A DNA stretch of 64,000 nt from Eledone cirrhosa (GCA_964016885.1 OZ024741.1:342302001-342366000); one strand, 5' to 3'. Positions 26,880 to 38,930 are shown, counted from the stretch's first letter. The notes: generated by a model not told the origin, from the letters alone. Program-made: numbers and translations.

Positions 26880-27545
26880 TGGTGGTTGATTGGCGGTATT
26901 GGTAGAGGGTTGGATGTCATGCTTTGCAGCATAGAGTTATGGCTCTTTATGGTCTAAGTTCAAATTCCGCCGAGGTGAACTTTGCCTTTCATCCTTATGG
27001 GGTCGATAAAATAAAGTACCAGTCATGTACTGGAGTCGATTTAATCAACTTTCCCCTCCCCCAAAATTGCTGGCCTTGTGTCTATATAAGAAACCATTAT
27101 TATCACTGTTGATGGTGGTGGATTGGCAGTATCGGTAGAGCATCAGACACCATGCTTTGTAGCATAGTGTTATGGCCCTTTACGTTCTGAGTTCAAATCT
27201 CGCCGAGGTTAGCTTTGCCTTTCATCCTTACGGGGTTGATAAAATAAAGTACCAGTAATGCACTGGAGTAATTGCTGGCTTTGTGCCAAAAGTAGAAACA
27301 ATTATCACTGTTATGAAGGCAGTAAACTGGCAGAATCGGTAGAGCATCTCACAGAAGCTTTGGAGTATTTGTTCCGAATTTTTATATTCTGAGTTCAAAT
27401 GTCACACGATCATCTTTGCTTTACATCCTATTAAAGATCAGTGAAATAAAGTACCAGTCAAGTACTGGTGTTGATTTAATCAGCATCACCCCATACCTCC
27501 AAATAACAGATTATGTTCCTAATTTAGAAAATCATTATTATTACT
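26880..27545 (+). mobile_element. Three head-to-tail family A SINE copies
   Basis: Starts at about 26880, 27113 and 27317, each with a B-box GTTCAAAT, conserved body and ATT tail. Confidence 0.8.
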
Positions 27546-28024
27546 GTTATTGCCATCACCATTATCATTATCATCATCTTGAGCATTATTCTCAATGCTA
27601 TCATCATGATCATGTATGTATATATGTATGATATATAAAAGGGAAATTCCGTTATAACAAAATTCACTGGGTATAAATAAAAATTGTGATAACGAAAAAT
27701 TCTTTATAATGAGTTAGACCGAAACAAATCAAGTGTTTGTTATTACATTAGGTATTGAAAAATGTTTGTTATACTGAAAAATTTGTTACAAAGTGTGTAG
27801 AACTAGTTCCGGACTAAAAAAAAACACAGTGATACATAAAGATTGTGTCCCACAGGGTGACAACCATATATATATACTAATAATTTCTTATGAATGAAAC
27901 AGTTCCAGACCTGTAGAAGTCATTTCTATAATAAAATGAACATGCCTATACTCTTCTAACCTATTGAGTAACTTTTTTACCTGTGGTCACCTCCTGATAT
28001 ACATTGGAAATTCACCTATGTATG

Positions 28025-31000
28025 TCATCATCATCATCATCATCATCGTTTAACGTCCATCTTCCACGCTTGCATGGGTTTGGACGGGAGTTTTCCCACT
28101 TGAGGCAAGAGTGGTTGTCTTGCTCGCATAGGACTGTCTGGCGGGTTTTCTACGGCTGGATGCCCTTCCTAACACCAACCACGTTTACAGTGTGGACTGG
28201 GAGGTTTTTACCGTGTTACCTACACTGCCACATTACAGCGTGGACAGTGTGTTTTTTTGTCGTGACACCTACACGACCTCATTTGTTTCGGTCTGGATGT
28301 TGTGGGAGCAATATAACTTTACATTGAAAGGGGTGGTGTGGATGGGGTGGGGGTAGTGGGACGGGGGTGTATTTTTGTTAGAGATGCGTACTGACTGTAT
28401 TAGGTTTCACTTTGTACTTAGGTAAGGCGGGTCTTCTGTATTTCTGTGTAGCGCCAAAGATCTCGGTCCAGTGACATTGTCTTGGAGAGGTGTAAGTCTG
28501 TGAGGTCGGAATTTATCAAGTCGTCCCAGGTTTTTCTGGGTCTGCCTACTCCGTGGCTACCGTCTATTTTTATTGCCCTGCACTTTTTTATACAGCTGTC
28601 GTCTTTCATGTGCATCACGTGACCGTACCAACGTAGTCTTCTCTCGAGTAAACAACATCTGATCCCTCTTATTTCTAATTTTTCCCTTAGTTCGTTAATG
28701 CTTTGCCGTTCACGTATATTACTATTACACATCCAGCGGAGCATGCAAGCTTCGTTCCTCTCCAGTCTGCGTATATCCTCTGCACACAATGCCCAGGTCT
28801 CACTGCCATGTAACATTGCTGTTCGTATAGAGGCATCATACAGCCGACCTTTCATTTTTAGAGAGAACCCTTTAGCGGCTAATAGTGGTATAAGCTCTCT
28901 GAACTTTTTCCATCCAGTTCTGACTCTAGCTACTGTACTTTCAGAGCACCCTCCACCACTGCTGATTTTGTCACCCAAGTAACGGAAGGTGTCCACTATT
29001 TCTATAGAACAATCTGTGCAATGGAATGAGCTAGTATTCTGTGGGCACTTGCTGCTACTTATTGCACCAGAGCACCGGCCACATATAAAATCTATATTCT
29101 TAGTTAGCTTACCTGTGATCCCACTACATCTTTTATGCACCCATACTTTGCATTTGGGACATAAAATGGAGTTTCTGCCTACTCCTTTCCTACACACTGA
29201 GCATGGCCATTTCCTGGATGGGACCGGTGCCCTATTTTCCTTCCTACAAACTAGAACTTTAGTCTTAGACAGGTTAATTTTAAGTCTTAGACAGGTTCAT
29301 TTTAAGGCCTTTTGATTCTAGGCCATGCTTCCATGTTTGGAATTTCTTCTCTAGTTCAGCCATTGATTCAGCTATGAGCGTTAGATCATCTGCGTATAGG
29401 AGTTCCCATGGGCAGCCGGTCTTGAACTCCTCTGTTATAGCCTGAAGGGCAATAATAAATAGTAGGGGGCTAAGAACGGAGCCCTGATGAACACCAACTT
29501 TTACGCTAAACTCTTCACTATATTCGTTGTTAATTCTAACCTTGCTGACTGTTTCTTTATACATGGCTTGTATAGCTCTCACAAGCCATTCGTCAACACC
29601 TAGTTTTCTAAGAGCCCACCAGATAATGGAACGGGGGACTCTGTCGAAGGCTATCTCCAAGTCGACAAAAGCTAAGTACAGGGGTTTATTTTTAGTTAGG
29701 TACTTCTCCTGTAGTTGTCGTACAATGAAAAGAGCGCCTGTGGTACTTTTACCTGACACAAACCCGAACTGCATTTCATCTAGATCAATTCTCTCTCTGA
29801 TTAGTTGCGCTATTACTTTTTCTGTGACCTTCATGACCTGGTCGATTAATTTAATGCCTCTATAGTTTCCGCTATCTAGTGCATCTCCTTTACCCTTGTA
29901 GCAGTTAATGATGATGCTGCTACGCCAGCCCTTCAGAACAACCCCATTCTGTATGACTTGGTTTACTATCCGGGTGACCATAGTGTGACCCACCGATCCA
30001 GAAGCTTTCAGCATTTCAGCAACTATTTCCGAAGGCCCAGCCGCCTTGCCAGTCTTCATATCTTTGATCGCCTTACTTATTATACTACCTTCGACTAACG
30101 CTGCTGGTCCCTCTATTGGATCGATCTGGGGGAGACTGTCTTTTTCCCATTTATTCTCCTCATTTAGTAGCCTTTCGTAGTGACACTTCCAAGCTACCTT
30201 CTTATCAGCGTCAGTGATGGCAAGTACACCATCATCATAAAGGACACACTTCTCCCCGACAATATCACTGTTTTCCTTGACACATTGCCTAGCAATCCTG
30301 AATACCTCACGTTTTTGGTCCTCGTGTTGTAGAACATGCTTGAACTTTCTTTCCTCTGCTTCCCTTCTTGCGAAGTACACTTGTCTCCTAGCTTCCCTCC
30401 TGGCCACTTGATAGTCTTCTCTACTTCCCCCATCCCGTCATACTTTCCAAGCCTGCTTTTTGGCCTTAATTGACTCCTCCACCTTACTGTTCCACCACCA
30501 CGTTACTCTCCTCCTGCCTATAGGCCTGCTCCAGCCACAGACTTCATCTTCCGCCATCAGCAGGTTTGCTTTCAGGAATTCCCACTGTTCCTCTATATTG
30601 TACGACTGATTGCTCTTCCTTACTGTCGAAAGCATCAAGTAATATGCTTTTAAATTTATTACTGGCTGTGGGGTCCTTTAGCTTCCATATTTTTCTCCTG
30701 AGGATAGTCCTCTTCTGTTGTCGAGTACGTCTTGTCCTGACTATGAGGTCACTAATTATGAGTCTATGTTGAGAGGTGCATTCTTCATGGGGGAGTGATT
30801 TAGTGTTTATAACAGACACTCTGTCACGTCTTCTGGTAAGGATATAATCTACCTGGCTGGTATGTTCCCCTGATCTGTAGGTGATCAAGTGATTGTCTCG
30901 TTTTTTGAAGTTAGTGTTACAGATAGTTAGGTTATTTGCGTCACAGAATTCCAGGATTCTGGAGCCTTCCTCATTTCTAGTACCAAACCCATAGCCTCCA

Positions 31001-32115
31001 TGGATTCCGTCATAGCCGTCACAATGTTGTCCAATGTGACCATTTAGGTTGCCAGCAATAATTATATAGTCACTGTCGGTTATTTGGGAGGTAGTGAGCA
31101 TCAGTGTCTCATAGAATCTGTCTTTTATAGCGCCAGGCAGTCCAGATTGGGGTGCGTACGCAGATATTACTGTCACAGTAGTTCTATTTAGAACAAGTCT
31201 TATTTTAATTATTCTGTCGTTCACTCTATTTACGTCTATTATCTTATCCACCCATTTTTCTGCTAACATAATTCCTACCCCACCCAGCCCATTGTCATTT
31301 CCCACACAGAAAAGCTTATAGCATCGTTTTTTACCCACAATGAATCTAGCAGACCTGCCCCTCCACCTGGTCTCTTGGATACAGCAAACATCAACCTCCT
31401 TACGTTCAAGCATTTCTACAACCTCGTTAGAGCGACCTTTTAAGGTGCCTACATTCATGGTACCAACTCTGAAGTTTTGGATTGTGTTTGGTGGGTGGGG
31501 CGCGGGGAGGAGTGAGGGGGATGGGGTTGGGGTTATGTTGGCCATCCGCGGCCGAAACAAAGAGGAGGAGTCCTTGCCCTTTCGTTCGGCAGCATGAGGT
31601 GAATTTGTCGTTATCTTTGACATTGTCTCTGAGTGTCCAGATTCTTCAGACTCTCCAGAATTCCTTAGTCCATCCATCATATCGAAAAGCAACCAGGAGA
31701 AGTGATAGCATAGGCCGCTGACTTATGATTGGTCCAAATAATAATGGTGGAGAGTGGGGGCGGGCGGAGGGGTATGGGGTAGTTAGCGAGGAGAAGGTTT
31801 TAAATAAAGCATATAACAGTAACAAGCGATATATTGGGATTTTAAAATACACAAGATTATTTGGAACAGCCAGACAGAATTATAAAATAGCATTGAGAAA
31901 GTAGGATTGGATTCTGGGCGATTATACAGATATATGGATGAATGAACCGAAGGGTGGGGAGACAAGAAAATGGTATTTTTACATTACATTTCGTAGAAGT
32001 TGACTGACAATTAATAAGAGTTGACAAATTCTGAGATTTGTACCTCGTAACAGGTTTATTTATATTTGGTGCGAGTAGGGAGTGATCGAGAGAGAGAGAG
32101 AGACCAACAGGCACG
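28025..32115 (-). mobile_element. Near full-length degenerate RTE-clade LINE
   Basis: APE endonuclease, RT and C-terminal region in order; 3' tail ...GGACGTTAAAC(GAT)n; 5' boundary approximate. Confidence 0.93.
28418..31692 (-). pseudogene. RTE ORF (APE endonuclease-reverse transcriptase) broken by frameshifts and a stop
   Basis: APE: GTMNVGTL, IQETRW, SAYAPQ, GNLNGH, VDYIL, SQHRLI. RT: NYRGIKL, MQFGF, AFVDLEIAFDRVP, GVHQGSVLSPLLF, LLYADD, FRYLG. Lesions: frameshift about 30600, TGA at 30438, 22-bp tandem duplication 29261-29304. Confidence 0.93.
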
Positions 32116-32235
32116 TATGTGATAAAGGGGGGGGGGGGGGGGATAGAGATTTAGAGGGACGAGGGAGGCCATTTTTATGAATCCTGGAAAATATGTATAT
32201 ATATGTGTGTGTGTGTGTGTGTGTATATGTGAATG

Positions 32236-32267
<32 letters not shown>

Positions 32268-32876
32268 GTAAAAGTGAATAAGCATGGGTATATTTAAAGA
32301 TTTTTTCTTTAATCCAACAGAATGAATATTTTTATAATTGTTACATTAAATGGATTTAAATGTCAAATATTACCGGTTTTGATTGGTATGTCAATCTTAT
32401 TAAATATTTTAAAAGTTTGTTCTCATATTCTGTGGACAGTTAGAAATGTGAATTGTCTGTCAAAATTTCTTCTTATACATATGTTCTTTATGAAGGTGGG
32501 CTGGTGATGGTGGAGTTGAACTCATCAGGGTTCAATTGATTCACTAGAAATTCTTTTGGTTTAAATGGGTGCTTAGACATAGATCACCATTTATGTATTA
32601 CGTATACAAGTGTAAATAATTTCTGTGTTAAGTGTTCCCACAACATTGAAGCCCAATTTTGAAGTCTGAATTAGTGTCTCCAATTACAATTAATCTTTAC
32701 TCACCATGTCCAGACATATTCCATCTGCAGGCTATTAGTGTGTGGATCAATCTCTAGCTTTATACATTATTGCATTTACTAACATATATGAATGTATGTG
32801 TGTATGCGTAGATATATATGTATATTTTCTTGGCTTGCAGCTGTGTGTGTGTGTATGTGTGAAATATGTATAATAT

Positions 32877-33200
32877 GAAGGCGCATGGCTTAGTGGTTAG
32901 AAATTGCAATCGGAAGGTTGTAAGTTCAATTCTCGAACCAGGTGATGTGTTGTGTCCTTGAGCAAGATACTGTATTTCATGTTGCTCCAGTTTACTCAGC
33001 TATGAAATGAGTTGCGATGTCACTGGTGCCAAGCTGTATTTCCCTTCGACAACATCGGTGGCATGGAGAGAGGAGACTGGTATACATGGGTGACTGCTGG
33101 TCTTCTTCAAACAACCTTGCCCGGACTTGTGCTTCGGAGGGGAAATTTCTAGGTGCAAATCCCATGGACATTTGTGACTGATGGGGGTCATTACCCTTAC
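32877..33200 (+). mobile_element. tRNA-derived SINE, family B
   Basis: ggcgcatggcttagtggttag (A box), agttcaattctc (B box), ttgtgtccttgagcaagatact body. Confidence 0.75.
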
Positions 33201-33679
33201 ATATATATATCTATTATAGATTGTTTATGAGATTGAAATTTCAAAGTATGTTTTTGTTCTCAAGCAATGAATCATGATGCATGAATTATCACTATAAATA
33301 GATGTGAATAAATCGGAGTATAACCCATTGAGGCAGAAAAGTGTGTATAGGTATGTACTTGTGTATCTATGTGTGCGTGCGTGTGTATGTATGTGTGTAT
33401 AGGTATGTACATGTGTGTATAGGTATGTACTTGTGTATCTATGTGTGTGTGTGCATATGTATGTATGTGTGTATAGGTATGTACGTGTATGTATAGGTAT
33501 GTACGTGTATATATAGGTATGTACGTGTGTGTATAGGTATGTACGTGTATATATAGGTATGTACGTGTGTGTGCTTATATAGGTATGCATGTATATGTAA
33601 ATACATGTATACTTTTATATCTGTATCATCATGATCATCATCATATTATGTCTGTTTTTCTGAATGCATTTGTATATGT

Positions 33680-35017
33680 AAACTGGTAGTGCTGGCATGA
33701 AGGTAAAATACACCCAGTACACTCTATAAACAGGTAGTGCTGGTATGAAGGTAAAATACACCCAGTACACTCTATAAAGTTGTAGTGCTGGTATGAAGGT
33801 AAAATACACCCAGTACACACTATAAAGTTGTAGTGCTGGTATGAAGGTAAAATACACCCAGTACACTCTATAAACAGGTAGTGCTGGTATGAAGGCAAAA
33901 TACACCCAGTACACTCTATAAACAGGTAGTGCTGGTATGAAGGTAAAATACACCCAGTACACTCTATAAAGTTGTAGTGCTGGTATGAAGGTAAAATACA
34001 CCCAGTACACACTATAAAGTTGTAGTGCTGGTATGAAGGTAAAATACACCCAGTACACTCTATAAACAGGTAGTGCTGGTATGAAGGTAAAATACACCCA
34101 GTACACACTATAAAGTTGTAGTGCTGGTATGAAGGTAAAATACACCCAGTACACTCTATAAACAGGTAGTGCTGGTATGAAGGTAAAATACACCCAGTAC
34201 ACACTATAAAGTTGTAGTGCTGGTATGAAGGTAAAATACACCCAGTACACACTATAAAGTTGTAGTGCTGGTATGAAGGTAAAATACACCCAGTACACTC
34301 TATAAACAGGTAGTGCTGGTATGAAGGTAAAATACACCCAGTACACTCTATAAAGTTGTAGTGCTGGTATGAAGGTAAAATACACCCAGTACACACTATA
34401 AAGTTGTAGTGCTGGTATGAAGGTAAAATACACCCAGTACACTCTATAAACTGGTAGTGCTGGTATGAAGGTAAAATACACCCAGTACACTCTATAAAGT
34501 TGTAGTGCTGGTATGAAGGTAAAATACACCCAGTACACACTATAAAGTTGTAGTGCTGGTATGAAGGTAAAATACACCCAGTACACTCTATAAACTGGTA
34601 GTGCTGGTATGAAGGTAAAATACACCCAGTACACTCTATAAACAGGTAGTGCTGGTATGAAGGTAAAATACACCCAGTACACTCTATAAACAGGTAGTGC
34701 TGGTATGAAGGTAAAATACACCCAGTACACTCTATAAACTGGTAGTGCTGGTATGAAGGTAAAATACACCCAGTACACTCTATAAACTGGTAGTGCTGGT
34801 ATGAAGGTAAAATACACCCAGTACACTCTATAAACAGGTAGTGCTGGTATGAAGGTAAAATACACCCAGTACACTCTATAAACAGGTAGTGCTGGTATGA
34901 AGGTAAAATACACCCAGTACACTCTATAAACTGGTAGTGCTGGTATGAAGGTAAAATACACCCAGTACACTCTATAAACTGGTAGTGCTGGTATGAAGGT
35001 AAAATACACCCAGTACA
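33680..35017. repeat. 48-bp minisatellite (about 28 copies) amplified from the internal repeat of an RTE-tail/SINE element
   Basis: Unit GTAGTGCTGGTATGAAGGTAAAATACACCCAGTACACTCTATAAACAG; continues into a SINE-like tail at 35018-35150. Confidence 0.93.
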
Positions 35018-35200
35018 TGCTGTAAGGTGGCTGGTATTAGGAATGGCCTTCAGCCATATCAACCATGCCAAAATGAAACATGAGCAAGTTGTGGATATCT
35101 GATTTTTCTTGTGTCAGAATTGCATACCAGCATAGAAAATGGGCATAAAAACTGTGTGTATGTGTATTAGTTAGTTAATGTGCATACGAATATACATGTA

Positions 35201-35540
35201 TGGAGGCACATGGCTTAGTGGTTAGAGCATTGGCCTTGCAATCGAAAGGTTGTGAGTTCAATTCTGAGACCGGGTGATGTGTTGTTTCCTTGAGCAAGAC
35301 ACTTTATTTCACATTGCTCCAGTTTACTCAGCTGTAGAAATGAGATGATAGAGACTGGGGTCCCTATCATTCCACTGCAAAGTGGTCATGGAGGCGCCAC
35401 AGCAAAAAAGCACCCAGCACTCACTGTAAATGAGGTTGGTGTTAGGAAGGGCATCCAGCTGTAGAAATCAAGCCAGAATCAGTTCCTGTCCCACCCTTGC
35501 AAGCAGGGAAAAGCGGACGTAAAATGAAATGATGATGATG
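35201..35540 (+). mobile_element. Family B SINE with an RTE-derived 3' tail
   Basis: tRNA-like head, then ttaggaagggcatccagctgtagaaa ... ggacgtaaaatg (GAT)n. Confidence 0.8.
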
Positions 35541-36316
35541 TATATGTGTATCGTCATCATCATCATCATTGTTTAACGTCCATTTTTTTCCATGCTTGCA
35601 TGGATTCGACAGGTCACATTATGAAATAAGTCAGGTCAGGTGATTTACATCTTGCTCATACGTATCCGTATTTTGGTTTGGTTTCTATGGCTGGATGCCC
35701 TTCCTAATGCCACCTATGTTACAGTGTGTATAGGGTGGTATTTATCATGGTACTAAAACAACCATCAAGCAAGGTTGATTGGGTGCTTTTTGTTGTGTCA
35801 CTAGCATCACCATCTTATAGGGTGGACTGGAGGCTTTTTGTCATGTGATCAGCACGGCCACTCTACAGGGTAGACTGGGTGCTTTTGTTGCTGTGGCTTC
35901 AGATCACCATAAAGGGTTATGTTTTTATTTATTTATTTTTTTAATTATGGCAACAGCATTATAAGGGAGCAAATGTGGGATGTGTCCAACTTTCCATGCT
36001 TGTATGTATGAACTCAACAGGTATATCAGGAGTGTGGAGGGTATGAGTATACAAGTTGGACATGGATGAGGTGAGTGGGATATTTAGTTGGTGGGAGGGG
36101 ATATAAGACTAGGAAGGGTGAGTTGGGGAGGTGTAGGGAGAGTATTGGTGCTGACTACTGTCCTCTACATGTATGTATGTATATGTACATATATATGTAT
36201 ATACATATGTATGTATATATTATATATGTGTGTGTATATATTGTCTATGTATGTATGTATGTAAGTATATGTATATAAATGTATAGGTATGCATATGTAT
36301 ATATATGTATATATGT

Positions 36317-36374
<58 letters not shown>

Positions 36375-36440
36375 ATGTATATATATGTGTGTGTATGTAT
36401 ATATATGTGTGTATGCTTATATATATATATATATATATAT

Positions 36441-36685
36441 ATCATCATCATCGTTTTATGTCCACTTTTCCCTGCTTGCAAGGGTGGGACGGGAACTGAT
36501 TCTGGCTTGATTTCTACAGCTGGATGCCCTTCCTAACACCAACCTCATTTACAGTGAGTGGTGGGCGCTTTTTTGCCATGGCACCTCCACGACCACTTTG
36601 CAGTGGAATGATATGGACCCCAGTCCTATCATCTCATTTCTACAGCTGAGTAAACTGGAGCAATGTGAAATAAAGTGTCTTGCTC
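36441..36685 (-). mobile_element. 5'-truncated inverted copy of the SINE at 35201-35540
   Basis: Its reverse complement is colinear and nearly identical to 35291-35540. Confidence 0.82.
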
Positions 36686-36753
36686 TCTATGTCCCAAGGC
36701 TCTGATACCATCAACACTATAAACACAGAGCTGGCATATCTAAGAACTGACTA

Positions 36754-36809
36754 ACTGCCTGATGAGGTCATAGCCATTCAATGGCTATCATCGAAATATA
36801 TATAGCAGT
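36754..36809 (+). ncRNA. Minimal type-I hammerhead ribozyme motif (Penelope-like-element type)
   Basis: Stem I ACTGC/GCAGT; CTGATGA; stem II GGTcATAGCCAT/ATGGCTATcATC; GAAA; palindromic stem III TATATA; AUA triplet; AATAAA immediately downstream. Confidence 0.78.
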
Positions 36810-36940
36810 AAATAAAGGATTATGAGTTCATGCAATTGACTTATGTTTCGTCACTATTATAACTCCGGAACTTATATCTTCGTTGAGTGCTCCCTATCTG
36901 CATACTGAAGTACTGGATTTTACCAACACTTACTTTCTTG

Positions 36941-36983
<43 letters not shown>

Positions 36984-37005
36984 ATGTATATATTGTATGT
37001 ATGCT

Positions 37006-37055
<50 letters not shown>

Positions 37056-37056
<1 letters not shown>

Positions 37057-37661
37057 TGGCTGCCAACTCGTTTTCGAGTACGGCCAATACTTTATATCCA
37101 TCTAGGAGAACCCCTACCGATGCGCTGAACGAATATGACTTTTTAGTCCAGCCAGCGACTTGAAAACTCTGGTACAAACACTACACCTGTGACAATTATT
37201 GACACATAGTGCTGGGCCCATGGTACCATGTAACGACAAGTGCAGAAAGATCTCCAGATATAAAGCAATGCCTGTGCCGTGAAGCTTTTATAGTGAGCAA
37301 AGGCACTGCACAAAGCCAGTCCCACTCCCTTAACCAAGATGATATTTACCAAAAAGAAGAACAAGTCAACATCATTGGATACCATCAGGGTTGCAGGTGT
37401 TATATCAGAGTTTTCCTTCTCCTAGAATTCTGCCTTGACAAAGGCTAAGGGGTCATCTCTCCCGGTGATTTTGGATGGCCATTGACTCTTAAGAGCTCCT
37501 TTGCCCTTTGACAGGTTTTGTTTTTAGTCCTGCAGGATGTCCAAAGTCACCCTCCTCACCAAGAAACCTTGGTGGGGTTGCCAGTTTAGTCGCCAACGAC
37601 CCGACCATGAGACAGGTTGTACTGGGATACATGTTACCAGTAGCACCAACTGGTGACCTGA
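37056..37661 (-). mobile_element. Bipartite non-autonomous RTE derivative (5' UTR joined to the ORF C-terminus and 3' end)
   Basis: Minus strand: RTE-like 5' UTR (ggcgactaaactggcaacc...ggagaaggaaaactctg), then CSVCTRVFKSLAGLKSHIRSAHR* C2H2 motif and tail ggccgtactcgaaaacgagttggcagccacc(AT)n. Confidence 0.68.
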
Positions 37662-37728
37662 CACATATATATATATACATACACATATATATATATGTGT
37701 GTGTATGTATATATTGTATGTATGCTTG

Positions 37729-37760
<32 letters not shown>

Positions 37761-37861
37761 GGTATTGAAATTTCCGTTGGAAACAGAAAAGGTCATAGAA
37801 ATGAAGAGTGCTCTATGTAAGTATCAGAGCAAAATTTAATGTATAAAATCAATACAATATA

Positions 37862-37939
37862 ATTACCTCATTACCAGAGGTTTCCCGAATGAGGCGAATA
37901 CGAAATAAACGACTTCATTCGTTCGTCAGACGAGGCAAT
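37862..37939 (-). ncRNA. Minimal type-I hammerhead ribozyme motif (same family as 15571)
   Basis: Minus strand: stem I ATTGCCTCGT/ATGAGGTAAT (10 bp, 2 G-U); CTGACGA; stem II CGAATGA/TCATTCG; GAAA; CC-TCT-GG; GUA triplet. Downstream tacatagagcactctt..tttcc.acggaaat is shared with 15680-15720. Confidence 0.75.
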
Positions 37940-38896
37940 ATAAAACATGGGCAAATACTTAGAAAAACACATCAAGAAAATCAAAAAAATATATAGATAA
38001 ATGAAATAGAAATTGAAATATATAAAAATCTATCAAGAAAAATAGTTAGGTGTGTGTATGTGTATGTATATACGCTCACAGATGTGCATATATGTATATG
38101 TGCACATGTAAATGTATAGTTAGAAAGTGTGCGTAATTATAAAAATTTAGGGCAAATGTATCTATATGTCTGTATTATACAGACAGAAATGGTTACATCG
38201 TAAATATAAGAATATAAAGTCGCGCGCATAAAAACGCCTGGACACTCGTACACTTAGATGCGGAAAGAAAGGAGGTAAAGAGAGTATAATAATTAAAAGA
38301 AAAGTATCAGTCTCGATATATTTATAAAAATATAGTAACGATAAATTAGAAAGAAAAGATAGAAAGAAAAAATTAAAGAAAACAAAAAAAGGGGGGGTAC
38401 ATACATACACAGACACGTGTGTCTCACAAAAGAAATGTAAAAACAATTATGCTTATATACACACGCGCACTTACACTTCCATACGTTCGATACGTACATA
38501 CACACACACACACATACTTATACTCGCGCATATAAACCTGTTTGCATGCCCACGTATGAAACTGAGTAAGTAACAAAAGAGGGAAGGGGGGGGGGAGAAG
38601 AAAAAAGGAACAAAAACATAAAACCGAAATGTCAAAAACACGGATATAAAGACACTTACACATACGCATATATGTGTGTGTATGTATATATTGTATGTAT
38701 GCTTATATATGTATATATATATATATATATATACATACACATATATGTGTGTGTATGTATATATTGTATGTATGCTTATATATGTATATATATATGTGTG
38801 TATGTATATATTGTATGTATGGATATAAGCATATGCATACATTTTTGAATTTGTATACATATTTGTATATATATATATATATATATATATTATATT

Positions 38897-38930
<34 letters not shown>

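Noticed and set aside
33615-35071. 467-aa and 476-aa repeat ORFs
   Set aside because: Translation of a 48-bp minisatellite derived from a retroelement tail
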